This document shows, in pieces, positions 27,077 to 43,500 of a stretch of 64,000 bases of DNA. Every line of letters starts with the position of its first letter. The first letter of the stretch is position 1. The notes beneath the pieces are model-generated. The model searched no databases, was not told the origin of the DNA, and saw only the letters and a list, made by a program, of their open reading frames with translations. Position numbers and translations under genes: made by a program. Location: the NCBI RefSeq assembly GCF_009914755.1, contig NC_060931.1, one strand, 5' to 3'. This DNA comes from the human T2T-CHM13v2.0 reference genome, Homo sapiens.

Positions 27077-27544
27077 TGTGAAAGGAAAATAAATCTTGGG
27101 GCCCCCAAATCACTAAGCTAAAGGGAAAAGTCAAGCTGGGAACTGCTTAGGGCAAACCTGCCTCCCATTCAATTCGAAGTCACCCCTCTGCTCACTGAGA
27201 TAGATGCATATCTGATTGCCTCCTTTGGAAAGGCTAATCAGAAACTCAAAAGAATGCAACTGTTCCTCTCTCACCTGTCTATAACCTAGAAGCCCCCTCC
27301 CCGCTTCCAGTCTTCCTGACTTTCCTTCAAGTTGTCCTGCCTTTCCAGACTGAACCAATGCACTTCTTATATATATTGATTGACGTCTCATATCTCCCTA
27401 AAATGTATAAAACCAAGCTGTGCCCCAACCACCTTGGGCACATGTTATCAGGACTTCCTGAGGCTGCGTCACGGGTGTCCTCAACCTTGGCAAAATAAAC
27501 TTTTTCAATTAACTGAGACCTGTCTCATATTTTGGGGGTTCACA
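27077..27544 (+). mobile_element. MER4A-type ERV1 solo LTR
   Basis: TG...CA termini (tgtgaaaggaaaataaatc...gttcaca), internal AATAAA, 4-bp TSD attc on both sides. Confidence 0.85.
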
Positions 27545-27843
27545 ATTCTTAACTAGTGTAATTAATGAAAATATCACTCTGTCAAACCAGAAAAGAACTG
27601 GAAAAGAACTTGAAGTCAATGCATTTGTGTAATTTCTTATATTAACTGAAAAATCAAGAGTTTTGTCCCATTTACATAAACATAGGAGAGTGAAAACTTC
27701 AGTGAATGTTGAAAAGCATAGATGGAGGAAGCGTTTAGAAAGCAAGTCTATCACAGCCTACAAAGACATGGTCATAGTGGCAAAATTTTGTTTTGTTTTT
27801 TTTTTAAGAGTATCTAGCTCTATCCTGATTTTCCAGCATGTAA

Positions 27844-28287
<444 letters not shown>

Positions 28288-29204
28288 AGCAATTTCTTTA
28301 CCAACACAACTTCTTTCCCTGAGCGTTCGGAGCCGCCCAATTGCTTTGTCCTCAGGGGAGTTGTTCAACAAGTTGTGACTATCTTCCAGCAAAGCACAGC
28401 AAAATCCAGCTTGCCCACATTTTGAAAAGGTACAGCTTTAGTTTCCTGGGACTGAAAGAGGGAGGGGGAAGAGGTAAAGAAGTCGCCACTCAAGTTCTGG
28501 GGTTGTTACCTCAGTCCTGCAGGGGATGCTATTGTGTCATCATTCCATCCACTGCTTGCCAACCAAAGGATGGGCCACAATGAAGCTCAAAGTCATTGCT
28601 CATCTATCAGAGCATGGTATCGACCTATTCGGACACTGTGTTAAACGAAGAGGCTTTTAGAAGCCACCATTTCCACGCTTCTCAGTTCTGCTTTGATAGC
28701 AAAGTAATTGCAATTTTCCAGTGTGAAGTTCTGTAGGCAGCAGAGACACTGATGTCTTGATTTACACATGTACAGAACTGGACTAGCTATTATTATGAAA
28801 ATGTTAATTAGTGTTATAACTGCTCTTTAATTTGCATATTCTGTTAATTAACTTTCTCTTAAGAGTGACCAGATTTAGAAAATGGGAGTGAGAAAACTAT
28901 GGAAAATCAGAGGCAGGAAAGATTGTAAAGAACTTTTTCCCCCTTCGGATACTAAATCTTCACCTTGTTCTTACCCGGGGTTCTTTCTACTTTGGCCTGC
29001 ACACTTCTAGTGATTTCATTGCAGGGGAGAGGAGGGGATGGGTACCATTATCCAATCATTGCTGGGTATTATGTGCTAGGCACTTCACATTTTCTCCTTT
29101 ATTCCCCACAATCACCATAGAAGGTAGATATTGTTACATCCAGTCACAAATGTTGAAACTGAGGTTCAGAGAGTTTTTAAGAAACCCGGTTTTAGAAACA
29201 AGTA

Positions 29205-30130
29205 TGTAGACTTCTGGTTTCAGTTCCAACACATAAGAACTTGGAAGTCACCACTTTTATCCTAACAACAAGAAAAAGCTGGACAAACTGAAAATCAATG
29301 ACTTGTACTTGTACAGGACAAATGATCACCCCAAAATCTGGAGAGACAGAGAATATAGCAGAGGTCTGCTTACCTGGAACAGAAGCAACTGGAGCCATAG
29401 ACTGGCAAGAGCATGCAAGTGGTCACTTTGACAAATTGTTGGAAGTTGCCAGTGGAGTAGCTGGAGAGTGAGAAACTGCTGGGGCCACAGTTTTCGTTGC
29501 CACTGGAAACAAGGGTAAGAATTATAGCAGAATTCTTGTCAGAAACCATGCAAAAGTCAAGTGGGGTGAAATCTTTGAATCAATGAAAAAAGATAACTGC
29601 CAACTTAGAATTCTAAATCCAGAGAAATTATCCTTCAAAAGTGAAGGAGAAATAGACTTTCTTGGAAAAACAGTCTGAGGGAATTTCTCACTAGCAGACT
29701 TGTTCTGCAAGAAATATTAAAAGTTCTTCATGCAGAAGGAAAAGGATATAGGTCAAAAACTTGGATCTACAAAGGAGGAGCATCAGAGAATTGGTTGATC
29801 TAAAAGATAACTTTTTGGTTAAAGCAATAGTAGTAATAACGTACTGAGTGATTAGAGCATATTGATAAGCAGAACAAATGTCACAATGGATGGGAGGAAG
29901 GAATTGAAAATATTTTAAATAAGATACTTGCACTATATGTGAAAAGGCACAATGGTATTATTTGCAAGTGGACTTACATGAATTAAAAGTTTATATTACA
30001 AACCCTAGGGCAACCACTGGAAAAGTTTTAAAAAATGTATATAGTTGAAATGCTAAAAGAAGAGGTAAAATAAAATAATATAAAATATCAAAAAATCTAT
30101 AAATGAAAACTAAACAAGGCAAAGAAAGAA
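29205..30130 (+). mobile_element. Old L1M 5'/ORF1 fragments
   Basis: caacttagaattctaaatccagagaaattatccttcaaaagtgaaggagaaata, the L1 ORF1 C-terminal region. Confidence 0.75.
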
Positions 30131-30492
30131 GGGGAAATCAAGCACGTGTATAGCGCTGTTCTAACCATTAAACTAATGTTAACTCTTTTAATCTTTGTTA
30201 CAATCTTATGAGGCAAGTAGTATCATTATCTTCATTTTCCTGGGTGAGGAAACTAAGGTATAGAGGGTTAAGTGGCTGGTGCAAAGTCACACACCCAGTA
30301 AACAGTGGAGCTGGGATTCAAATCCCAGGCAACCCTTGCTCTTAAGCCTCAAGCTAAATAGCCTTATTAATGTTACAGCCAGAATTTCAAATAAAATCTC
30401 TCTGACTCCAATTGCTGTGTCCTTATCCACTATGCTAGGAATAAACTCTGCTATTTCAATTTGTAAATCATTTTATCTTCTAGTCACTTTGG

Positions 30493-30785
<293 letters not shown>

Positions 30786-31188
30786 TCTTCTGGTCACTTT
30801 GACCTTATATTTTTAAAGAATTTTTTCTACGTTATTAAGATAACGTGAGTTCACCACAAAAAAAGAGAAATTAGTACAAAAATATGTAAGGAAAAATGCA
30901 AAAATAATTCTATTATCCAGAGTAAATCACTGTTAATATTTCAGTAACTGTGCATTTATACATCTTTCTATATATATATGCAAATGTGTAAATAAAACTA
31001 TACTAATAGAACATTATACATATGCTTTTATTATAAACACATTTGTTTTCTTCTAGTCTTTACTTTTTATTCTGTGTTCACTCCCTCAGCCTCTCCCCAG
31101 CCCCACCTGCCCCAAATGGGGAAATCAATTTTAAACTAAACTTATAAATATATATTAACATTTATAGAAATTTTGTCATTTGTTTTTA

Positions 31189-31536
<348 letters not shown>

Positions 31537-31759
31537 TTATCTGGGCCTTACTTTCCACCTAACAATATATGATGGAAATCCTTCAAATAAACTGTTATAG
31601 ATATTACACCTTCATTCTAGCGACTGTCTAGTACTCCAAGGTAGGGAATGAACCACAGTGAATTCCAAAATTTATTTAACTGAAGTGCCTTCTGGTGGTA
31701 TTTAGTTTTTTGCCTTTCCAAAGTGCTGCAATAAAAACTGTACACAGATCTTCTTCTTA

Positions 31760-33760
31760 AACAGACAGATTTAACTTCGATTTTCTTGCCAAATTCCACT
31801 AAATTACAGTAAATGGATTGTTTTAAAGGCATAAACCCACAAAGAGAATAGAAGAAACAGCAGCGACACAGTGAAATGGCATCTAACTTAGCAGACTTTG
31901 GAAAGTTGTAGGAAAGCCAAGATCAGTCTGGTATACATCGCAGAACCCCAAGAAGCTTAGGAGTTGGTGTTGTCAGGTGCCTCTGGACATGGGAGGAAAA
32001 GTGGAACTGAAAAGAACAGAACTGATTTAGTTTCCGTTTGAGAAGCAGTTAGACTCCTGGATCCCCTCTCCAATTTGATGCAGCTAGGTGACTGCCAACC
32101 CCAGCCATGAAGTTTCAAAGTTTATTTTCTGGAGCGGGTAAATCAGAGGGTCTCTAGACTGAGAGAAATGAAACAATTGAGGGCAGAGGTATATATTGAA
32201 AACAAAAGAATTCAATATCCAAAAAATTTACATACTAAATACCCTGTTTCTCCTCTAGGTTCTGATAATGCTGGAAGCCAAATGTATTCTTATTAGTCAG
32301 GCAACTAGAAGTGTCCTCTCTGGGGAATGTAATCAGCCTGAAGACAAGACCTAAAGATACTGATACCAATTGTTTCCCAAATGAAATAGCCCTGCCATAC
32401 CATCCTACTAAGAAGACCACAATGGTAAGGTCGAATGAAGAGAGCTTTGAATTAGCTTCTCAATATCTCAATGTTACATATGAAGTGATAGCCAAAAATC
32501 ATTAGCTATTTGAGGAAAATCTCTAATATGAGAAAGTGACCAAAAGCAACTGGGATGAAACAGATATTAGAGATTTTAAAAAGTTGAAAACAAATAAAAG
32601 CTATCCTCAGGTACAGAAAATATATTGCACTCATGAAATAATAACAGAATACTTGAAATAAAAAGATCATTCAGATAACACAAAAAAGAAGCTCCTAGAA
32701 AGTAAAATATGAAAAATAAGGTTTGGAATCGCTCCCCAAAATAGAGCAAAAAGTTAAAGAAATGGAAATTAGAGCTGCAATGAAGATTAGAAGAGTTAGT
32801 TTGTTCCATGGTTAGAAGACTTCCTGGTACACAGAAAACAGAAAAAAGTGATAATAATAATTACAGAAAGATAAAATGAGGGGAAAGAAATTGCCAAAAA
32901 AATAATTCAAGAAAAATATTCAGAATTGAAGGATGTGAGTATCAATATTGGAGAAATCATTAGAGAGCCCAATACAATGAATGAGGCACGCCGCTGTGTT
33001 TTCAAAACTCTTAGAACAAAGAGAAGAAACTTCCGGAGAGAAAAACAGGTTTTGTACTATCAACCTAAATAAGAAACAGAAAGAAGCCCTCTAAAAGAAA
33101 AAGATATTTAGGAGTACAGCACTGCAATGGGAATATGCATGTCATAGTCAACTCTATGTGTATTTAGGGAAGTAAGAGAAGACAAAGTGTTTTAAAGGAA
33201 AATGAGCCTGGCTCTATTTGTCAGGCTTTTTCAGCACCAGTGACTCCATTTTGATTCTGACAACTTTCACAATATGAATGATCAAGGATGCCATTGAGCT
33301 TCTCAACAGCAATTATGGAAGCCAGAAAATAATGGCTAGAATAGTTTTAAGATTCTAAAAGATGTTCCCCTTCCTGTGTCCAAATGTTCTCAACGGGGCC
33401 CGTTGTGGGGTGGGCGGAGCGGGGAGGGATAGCATTAGGGGATATACCTAATGTAAATGACGAGTTAATGGGTGCAGCACACCAACATGGCACATGTATA
33501 CATATGTAACAAACCCGCACGTTGTGCACATGTACCGTAGAACTTAAAGTATAGTAAAAAATACATATATATATATAAAAATTCTAAAAGAAAGCATTTC
33601 CAACCTAAAATTTTCTCCTCAGCCTACTAATCAAACATGAAAGTTGAATAATGATTTTTTAGAAATCAAATGTCTTGAATTTTCCTTCCATTTATTCTCA
33701 GAAAGGTACTAGAGGACATATTACACTAAATGATGGAGAAGATCTTTCCTAAAATGAAAG
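31760..33760 (+). mobile_element. L1ME-like 5'/ORF1 region with nested insertions
   Basis: Degenerate ORF1 motifs (aattcaagaaaaatattcagaattgaagga); contains an ERV1-type LTR remnant at ~33052-33271 (-) and an L1PA 3' end. Confidence 0.6.
33361..33578 (+). mobile_element. Short L1PA 3' end with 5' inversion (twin priming)
   Basis: 33361-33392 is the reverse complement of L1 tgagaaca.ttggacacaggaaggggaacatc, followed by the sense L1PA 3'UTR; TSD aagattctaaaaga / aaaattctaaaaga. Confidence 0.9.
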
Positions 33761-33854
33761 ACATTCCTGACCTCTTCCTTCCCACTTTTTCTTTTCACTG
33801 CCCCAATCCCCACCATTACCATGGTAATTGCTGTTATTTCTAATTCTATAACCT

Positions 33855-34320
33855 AAGATCTCACTGGATTTTGGCAGCCATATCAACCCTCAAATCTTCT
33901 GCAAAACTGCTTCTGCTAAACCACGTCTCACCATCACTACCACATGCACATCAGGTACCTGCACTTAATTATCCCAGACTTCAAGATTGATATGAATAAT
34001 TTCCTAAGAATATGCCCTGAGTCCTGGTTTGTTTTACCTAAGTGCAGGATCTTCTTTCTATTGCTGATAAAATCCATCTTGTTAGATTTATCCCATTGCT
34101 CCAGCCTGTCAGTCTTTTTGGTCTTAATTCTATCAGCCAATGAATTTGCTATCCTTTCCAGGCTCTTGTCATCCACAAATGAAATCACTGTGCCCTCTAA
34201 ACTTTCAGCCAAGGCATGGATGTAAATGCCAAACAAGCCAGGGCCGTGTCCATCCGGAAGTACATTGATCAATGCCAACAGCTGTTCAACCAGTTATGAA
34301 TTTCCTCAACTCTCATGGGA
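33855..34320 (-). mobile_element. L3/CR1 LINE reverse-transcriptase fragment
   Basis: ORF 33937..34278 reads GPGLFGIYIHAL...ISFVDDKSL...DRLEQW..NKM.F...KILHLGKTNQ, matching the CR1 RT pattern GPVLFNIFINDL...KFADDTKL...DRLEKW..N.M.FN..KCKVLHLG..N. Confidence 0.88.
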
Positions 34321-34560
34321 GATGCTCCTGCAGATAAAACCGAATCTGTAGACCAAAAAAAACTATAATGTTATTAATATGGAGTATCTGGTTTCTCTGT
34401 CTCTAATGCAACTCATGAGAAGTGTGCCATTTGGAGCCCAAGTAAGTAAAGAAACCCTTTGAATAAGTTGAGTAGTGAATACATTCAGGCTCAGCTTATG
34501 AAAACTAGCTACAGAGAAAAATACGAGAGAGAAGCATCTTGTGCAACAGTTCCATTCTAT

Positions 34561-34870
34561 TTTCTTTTCTTTTTTTTTTTTTTTTGAGACAGAGGCTTGC
34601 TCTCTCGCCCAGGCTAGAGTGCAGTGGTGGTGAGATCTCAGCTCACTGCAACCTCTACCTCCTGGGTTCAAGCAGTTCTCTTGCCTCAGCCTCCCGAGTA
34701 GCTGGGACTACAGGCGCAGGCCACCACACCTAGCTAATTTTTTGTATTTTAGTAGAGATGGGGTTTCACCATGTTGCCCAGGCTGGTCTCGAACTCCTGA
34801 GCTCAGGCAATCCGCCCACCTCAGCCTCCCAAAGTGCTAGGTTTACAGGCGTGCACCACCACACCCAGCC
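34561..34870 (-). mobile_element. Alu (Jb/Sz-like)
   Basis: Full dimer; TSD caacagttccattcta / caatagttccattcta. Confidence 0.93.
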
Positions 34871-34925
34871 AATAGTTCCATTCTAAAGACAATATAAAGT
34901 GAACATTCTCTCTAGTCATCATTAC

Positions 34926-35072
34926 CCTTAAAAACCCTTTAGCAAAGAGCTGCATTGGAAGCCATCTCAGTCTCTCAGTAAGGTCCCCAACACTAGCTTT
35001 TCTTACAGTGGTGGAACAAATTGCAATCTCTTTAGTAGAGCATCAATGAAGTGGTTGGCTCAATTTTAGTAG
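34926..35072 (-). pseudogene. Candidate 147-nt decayed exon
   Basis: Strong acceptor atttttctttaacatag| and donor aagg|gtaatg; phase-1 start ATKIEPTTSL; length divisible by 3; internal frameshift. Confidence 0.35.
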
Positions 35073-35354
35073 CTATGTTAAAGAAAAATATGCATCTTGT
35101 AAATACTAGAATCATGCTTAGTGTGGCAAGATGCTCCCACTGTTAGAGAACAAAGCAAAAATATTGAGTGAATAGTAGGTGTTCCTCTCTCCTTCTGACT
35201 CCAGGGCTTCCACTCAGTAAGTGGAGGAAATATTAGTCTCTCTCTGTCTCTCTCTCTTTCTCCAGTTCCTCAGAATAGAATTTGTTTAAACATGGGTATG
35301 ACGTCTGTTTAGTAGTACCACATTTTTTTTTTTTTACAAAAAAGTCTTGGGAGT

Positions 35355-37233
<1,879 letters not shown>

Positions 37234-37409
37234 CTTATTGGTTGACCAAAAAGAAAAATTAACCTTATATGTATCACAAATTAAAGTATAAAATTTTAAA
37301 GGATCTTTGTCCCCAGAAGTGGGAAAGCAAGATGTAAATTAATAAAAGTCTCTTGAAATGATTATGCATCTTATTCATCAACAAAATTCTAGCCACAGGA
37401 CCACAGCTG

Positions 37410-37640
37410 ACATTTACTAACACTTATTACATATGCCAGGCTCCATGATTGCTGAATTGTATATCACTTAATCCATACATGAACTCTATGTGACATGTTT
37501 TATTGTTGCTTTCAAGTTTACAGATGAGGAAACTGAGGCATAGAGCACATCAGTACCTTGCCCAAGGATATGGGCGAAGGACTGGTTTTCAGTCCAGGCA
37601 GTATGACTGCAGCACTTGTTTCTACCATACTTCCTCTGAA
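37410..37640 (-). mobile_element. MIR
   Basis: Core tttacagatgaggaaactgaggcatagag. Confidence 0.85.
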
Positions 37641-37747
37641 CAACCCACCTGTAGAATAGGAAGATCCTCACCTAACCCTTTCACCCAGTAACTATAAAAC
37701 ACAGAGAATGGACTGGATGAAAATAGTGTACTTTCAAGTCTTCTTAC

Positions 37748-37863
37748 CTCATTTCCCTCTCAAATGCTGTTCCTATTCCTTCTATAAGTTTTGAAGAGCC
37801 CTTGGCCAAGCAAACAGACCGGGCTGCTCCTGTTTATGAGTTTTTTTTTTTTTTCCATGAGTG
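37748..37863 (-). pseudogene. Candidate 116-nt exon
   Basis: Strong acceptor cttcctttttattttcctacatatag| and donor gag|gtaaga; in frame with the upstream exon it reads THGKKKKTHKQEQPGLFAWPRALQNL*KE*EQHLRGK*. Confidence 0.45.
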
Positions 37864-37988
37864 CTATATGTAGGAAAATAAAAAGGAAGCATAATTTGTA
37901 AAAAGCACTTAGGCCACCTTCTCTGCTTTTAACAACTTTCTAAAACAGACCCAGACTCTTATTTGTAATAACAGTTGCTATGAATCAC

Positions 37989-38122
37989 CTTTTGGTTATT
38001 TTGGCTTCTGTAATCAGAGGATTCTGGGCCTTTTCATTTGGATTTTCTCTCTTGTCTTTTTCTCCCTGAAAAGGACATGAGGCATTTTGTCTATTCTCTA
38101 CAAATCTAAACTCTCTAAACAT
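37989..38122 (-). pseudogene. Candidate first coding exon
   Basis: caagccATG Kozak context; open MFREFRFVENRQNASCPFQGEKDKRENPNEKAQNPLITEAKITK; donor aaag|gtgatt (phase 2); 125-nt intron to the next exon. Confidence 0.4.
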
Positions 38123-38313
38123 GGCTTGATCAGGCTGTGTTGTGGATATTTTGCAATAGGAACGAATCTAGATGGTGTAACAACTACTCACTTTATTTGA
38201 TGGAAGTCAGAAGTAACGATGAGTGATTTGCTTAGGGAATCATTTTACATTCTATTTGGGAAGCAGCTGACAGTTCAAGTGGTTTAAGCTATTACACTGG
38301 GAATGAAATAGCA

Positions 38314-38639
<326 letters not shown>

Positions 38640-39059
38640 TGATGGTGTCTTCACAGGAGGCAAAATCATCTCTAGCCTCCAAGTCAGTAAAATAACTATG
38701 TCTTACATGTTGTGCAAAACATAGATACGTGGAGTTTCCTAATCTGCTTAAATTTGCAGTTGGGAGCTGGGACAGAGTATACCTTCAAGGAACTTTATTT
38801 TCTGCCTTCTGTCTTTTCCTCAAGTTTTTTAAACATAGAAGGAACTTCAGGGCTCATCTAGTTCAACCCTGGATTTTGCCCAGAGAAAGAAATTCTTCTA
38901 AGTGAGAGATGTTCATCTTCAGCCCTTTTCTGGGGAGGGGAGGATTGAGCTCTGAGCACCAGCTTGGTCATGAGGAATACACCTTCTACTACATGGAATC
39001 TACCAATGTTTCCTGAGCACCTGATATGTGCAAGGAACTGCTTGGCTCTCAGAATGCTA

Positions 39060-39245
39060 AGTTGGCCAGCTATGGGTGGCTAAATTTCATGGGAGTACAG
39101 CCATGCATATTTGTGTATGTATGCCTAGGGCTGCTTTTGAGCTGCAACAGCAGAGTTGAGTAGTTGTGACAGACACTGTATGGCCTGCAAAGCCGAAAAT
39201 CTTTGTGACCTGGCCCTTGACAGAAAAATTTTGCCCATGCCTGTT
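39060..39245 (-). mobile_element. MER58A
   Basis: gagttgagtagttgtgacagac...tggcccttgacagaaaaattttgcc. Confidence 0.8.
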
Positions 39246-40040
39246 TCAGTGCCTCTCCCTTTGGGGTTTCATTGAGAGGAGCATTTAGAAACTGAATGAG
39301 TTTGCTCAAGCAAGCATCATGTTTTTAAAAACAGAATCAATGTCTCTAGACGATGCTCAGAGCCCTCCAAGTGCAGCTCACTGTCTTTCTAAACCCAGCA
39401 TTTCCACATTTAAGCTATTCTGTGGCTTCTGAAGGCATTTGAGTTGGAGAGCCCTGATTTAGAGCAAGGCCACATAAGGTGGAGAGAATGAGGAGCAGGT
39501 CGTTTTCACTTAGCTTCAGTGCTGAGCCCTAACATAGGGACATTTCTTCTTTACCATCAGTAACACTGCAGGAAGAAAATCATTAGGTACTGATTGGCTT
39601 ATAGACTGAAGGTAGTAATGGAGAGTCTAGTCTATTATAACACTCTTTTGACCCCAGGTACAAGTATCTCTTGGCCCTCCAAACCTGGAACAGCTCCTGG
39701 CACATAACAGATCCTCTATAAATATTATGGGGAATGAATCAATAATGGAAAAGAAGGGCAGCACAGAGCAAATAATTAATAATGTTTTCTAACTGACCAA
39801 TGAACATGTTGAAATTGCCTCATTGTTTATTCATGAATTTTTACATACTCCTTTTAATGATGTAAAAGCATCTTTTTTTAATTAGGAAACTTGTCCAAGA
39901 GGATGAAGAAGTTCTTGTGCTTTGAACAATTAATATAACCAGTTTATTACCAATATATAATCTCTCAACAATCATGAAAGAGAAAGCCTAGAAATTGAGT
40001 GATGGCAACTCTGGCTGGGTCTTTCATAAGGTGACTCAAC

Positions 40041-40349
<309 letters not shown>

Positions 40350-41077
40350 AACTCTATCAATTTTTAACTAAATTTATTTTTAAATTTTAAGCCTTAGCTG
40401 GTTCATGGGTTTCTACTTACATAAAGGTCTTGATGACTAGATAGAGTGATTATCACTTTTATCCTATAGGCAATAAAATCAACTTTTTATAATGATTAGA
40501 AAATATAACTTCATGTCACAAATAATTAAACCCAAAGAAGCCATGAAAGAGCCCATAGTTATCTCCCTGTTGGCTGGCAATATTCCCACTTGAGCTAGAC
40601 AACATGAGTTCACTCTACTTAAAATATTGCCTTTTATAAGTGGCTTTAACACCATCATCAGCTATCACTTATTGAATAACAGGAACTGTGCTAATTGTTC
40701 TATGTGCAGTATTTAATTAAGTCACATGAAGGAGATTGACTTATTATTTTCATTTTATATATTTGGAAATTGATGCAAACTTAAAGAGGTTAACTAAATT
40801 ACCCAAGGTTGTACACACATGTATTGGCCAAGGCAATCCACATTTAATTCCAAAACCACTTAGCCATTGAACCACCAATGCAATAACCTGCCTCAACAGT
40901 CCATGTTTATAATAAGGTTTTGCACCTTCTCAGTACTAAAATTCTAGATGGAAATATTGCCTAGGCCATATATTGCAGGGGGATCATTCAAAGCACTTCT
41001 TAACCTGGGATCTAGGGACACCTTCCAAGTTTATGAGTGCTTCAAGGACACTGCAAAATCCAGACATTTTATGCAAA

Positions 41078-41119
41078 TGTGTGTGTGTGTTTATGTGTGT
41101 GTGTGTGTGTGTGTGTGTG
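41078..41119. repeat. (TG)n microsatellite
   Basis: Interrupted TG run. Confidence 0.95.
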
Positions 41120-42189
41120 ATGTGCATGAGGGTATGCATTTTTCTGGGAAGAGTTTTCATCCAAGTCTATGACCCAATAGAATGCTAAGAACAACTTGCT
41201 ATTTCAATCACTCAATTATTCTTTGATTCACTCATCAACAATTTACTGAATATCAACCGTGTGGCAGGCACTACGCAAGGGGGATACTAAGGTGAGAGAC
41301 TGCATTAAAGTTGAAGCCCTTTCTGCCATTTATTTTGTAATTAACCTAGCATAAGGAGGTCCCTGATGTCTTTCCTTATTTAGGACTACAGAATCTAACT
41401 CATATCATGCATTAATTTGCTAATTTAAAGCTCAATAAAAATTTAATAGTGCTAAATATGTTGACTGAGTTAATTATAAAAAATTAGACACTATTCTCTA
41501 CCAAACAATAAAAAGCAGCCTCTGTAACATCTCTTCATAAATTGCATGTGTATTCTGTTTTTATTGTATTACCTCAGTTTCTTAAAGTAATCAGTCTTTG
41601 GAAAAAGTAAAAATAAAAAGATTTTTAGCAATGAAATTTAGTCTTTTCATACCAGATTTTTTTTCCCAGGACTCTTTCAGTTTCAAGTAACAGAAACCCA
41701 AGCTTAAATAATAACAGCAATGTATTGAGTTAACACAGATGAAATATCCAGGGAAGATTTAGTTTTAGAAATGTGTGAGTAAAGTCCAAACAATAGTGTT
41801 TAAATCCTATTTATCTCTGTCTTTTGAATGGGTTCTTGCTACATGGTGAAAATGACGCCAGCCCCCTCATTCTACCGATTTAGCAACCCCAATGGGAAAA
41901 TAATGTTTTAAAATCTCTCTCAGAGAGGTCACAAGCGATATTTGGATTCACCTAGGTTGGACATTCTCAATTCAAAGCCAACCACTGTAATAACTATTCA
42001 GTGCATTCAAAGGAGACAGAGCATTCAAAGCCAGACTCATGCAGGCCCGTGCTTGGAGCTGGAATTGGGGAGGAAACTGCTTGATGAATTCAAATAACAG
42101 GGTCTCTTATGGAATACAAGTATCCTATCACCATAAGAGAAGTGAATGGGTCCTGATGGACCAGAACCAGAGATGCCCATCATAGTAAC

Positions 42190-42545
42190 TGTATTAGTCT
42201 GTTCTCACACTGCTAATAAAGACATACCTGAGACTGAGTAATTTATAAAGTAAAGAGATTTAATGGACTCACAGTTCCACATGGCTGGGGAGGCCTCACA
42301 ATCATGGTGGAAGGCAAAGGAGAAGCAAAGGCATGTCTTACATGGCAGCAGGCAAGAGACCTTCTGCCAGGGAACTCCTATTTATAAAACCATCAGATCT
42401 CATGAGACTTATTCACTACCATGGGAACAGTTTGGGGGAAACCACTCCCATGATTCAATTATCTTCACCTGGCCCCACCCTTGACACATGGAGATTATTA
42501 CAATGCAAGGTGAGATTTGGGTGGGGACACAGCAAAACCATGTCA
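42190..42545 (-). mobile_element. THE1 solo LTR (MaLR)
   Basis: tgtattagtctgttctcacactgctaataaagacatacctgagact...aaaccatgtca. Confidence 0.9.
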
Positions 42546-42599
42546 CCAACATATGTATTCTAAGGAAACTGCCTAGCAGGCTGAAAGCCTATCCTTTAC

Positions 42600-43500
42600 T
42601 CAATGACAGATGTCCTTTGTAATGTGCTAGGCATCTCCCTAGGCACTAGATACAGGTTTTAAAAAGGCAAGCATCCTGCCTTCATGGAGCTTACCTTCAA
42701 AGTAGGGGAGATAGTCAATAAACAAAACAAGCAAGTAAGTTACACAGTAAGTCAGAAGGCGAGAAGCATTATGGAGAGATACAAAGCACAAAGGAGAAGT
42801 AGGGTATATCTGAGGAGAAAAGGAGATTCAGTGTTAGAGGTCATGAAGGCTCCACTGGGTGACTTTGAACAAAAACTTGAAGGAAGTGAGAGAGGTCACC
42901 ATATAGATACCAAGGAGTTGAGCAGTCAGGCAAACAGAAACAGCATGTGCAAAGGCCCTGGGGTGGGAACACATCTGGCATGTTCAAGGATTAGCAAGGA
43001 GTCCACCAGTGTTGACACTGGGAGAGCTGCAATGGGGAGAGTAGTAGGAGATGAGGTCAGATAAATAATGGCATATTTTTTCAGGACTTTGGTTTTCACT
43101 TTGAGTGAAATAAAAAGCCATTGGAACATTTAGAGCAGAGTTAAACTTTTTTAAACAATATCATTCTGGATGCTGTGCTGAGAATAGGCAGAATAGGGTG
43201 CCAGGGCAGACGAAGGGAGAGCATTTTAGAAGGTTTTGCAATAATCCAGGTGAGAAGTGATGACCTCGGCCAGGCTAGTAGCAGGGCACGTGTTAAATAA
43301 TGGTCAGATTTTGTGTATACGGTAAAGACAGAACTGCTCATTTATCCTCTCTGATTTTGATGTAGATGTAAGAGAAAGGAGAAAAGTAAGGCTCAATTCT
43401 AAGATCTTTAAGGATGGAGTTGATACTAACGAAGTTGGGGAAGATGGAAGGGGGAGCAGATTGGGGGAGAAGGGAGAGATCACAAAGATTACTGAATTCT
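42600..43500 (-). mobile_element. L2
   Basis: agcatgtgcaaaggccctgggg...gcaataatccaggtgagaagtgatg, typical reverse L2. Confidence 0.85.

Noticed and set aside
42684-43064. 126-aa ORF
   Set aside because: Antisense reading of an L2; no recognisable domain.
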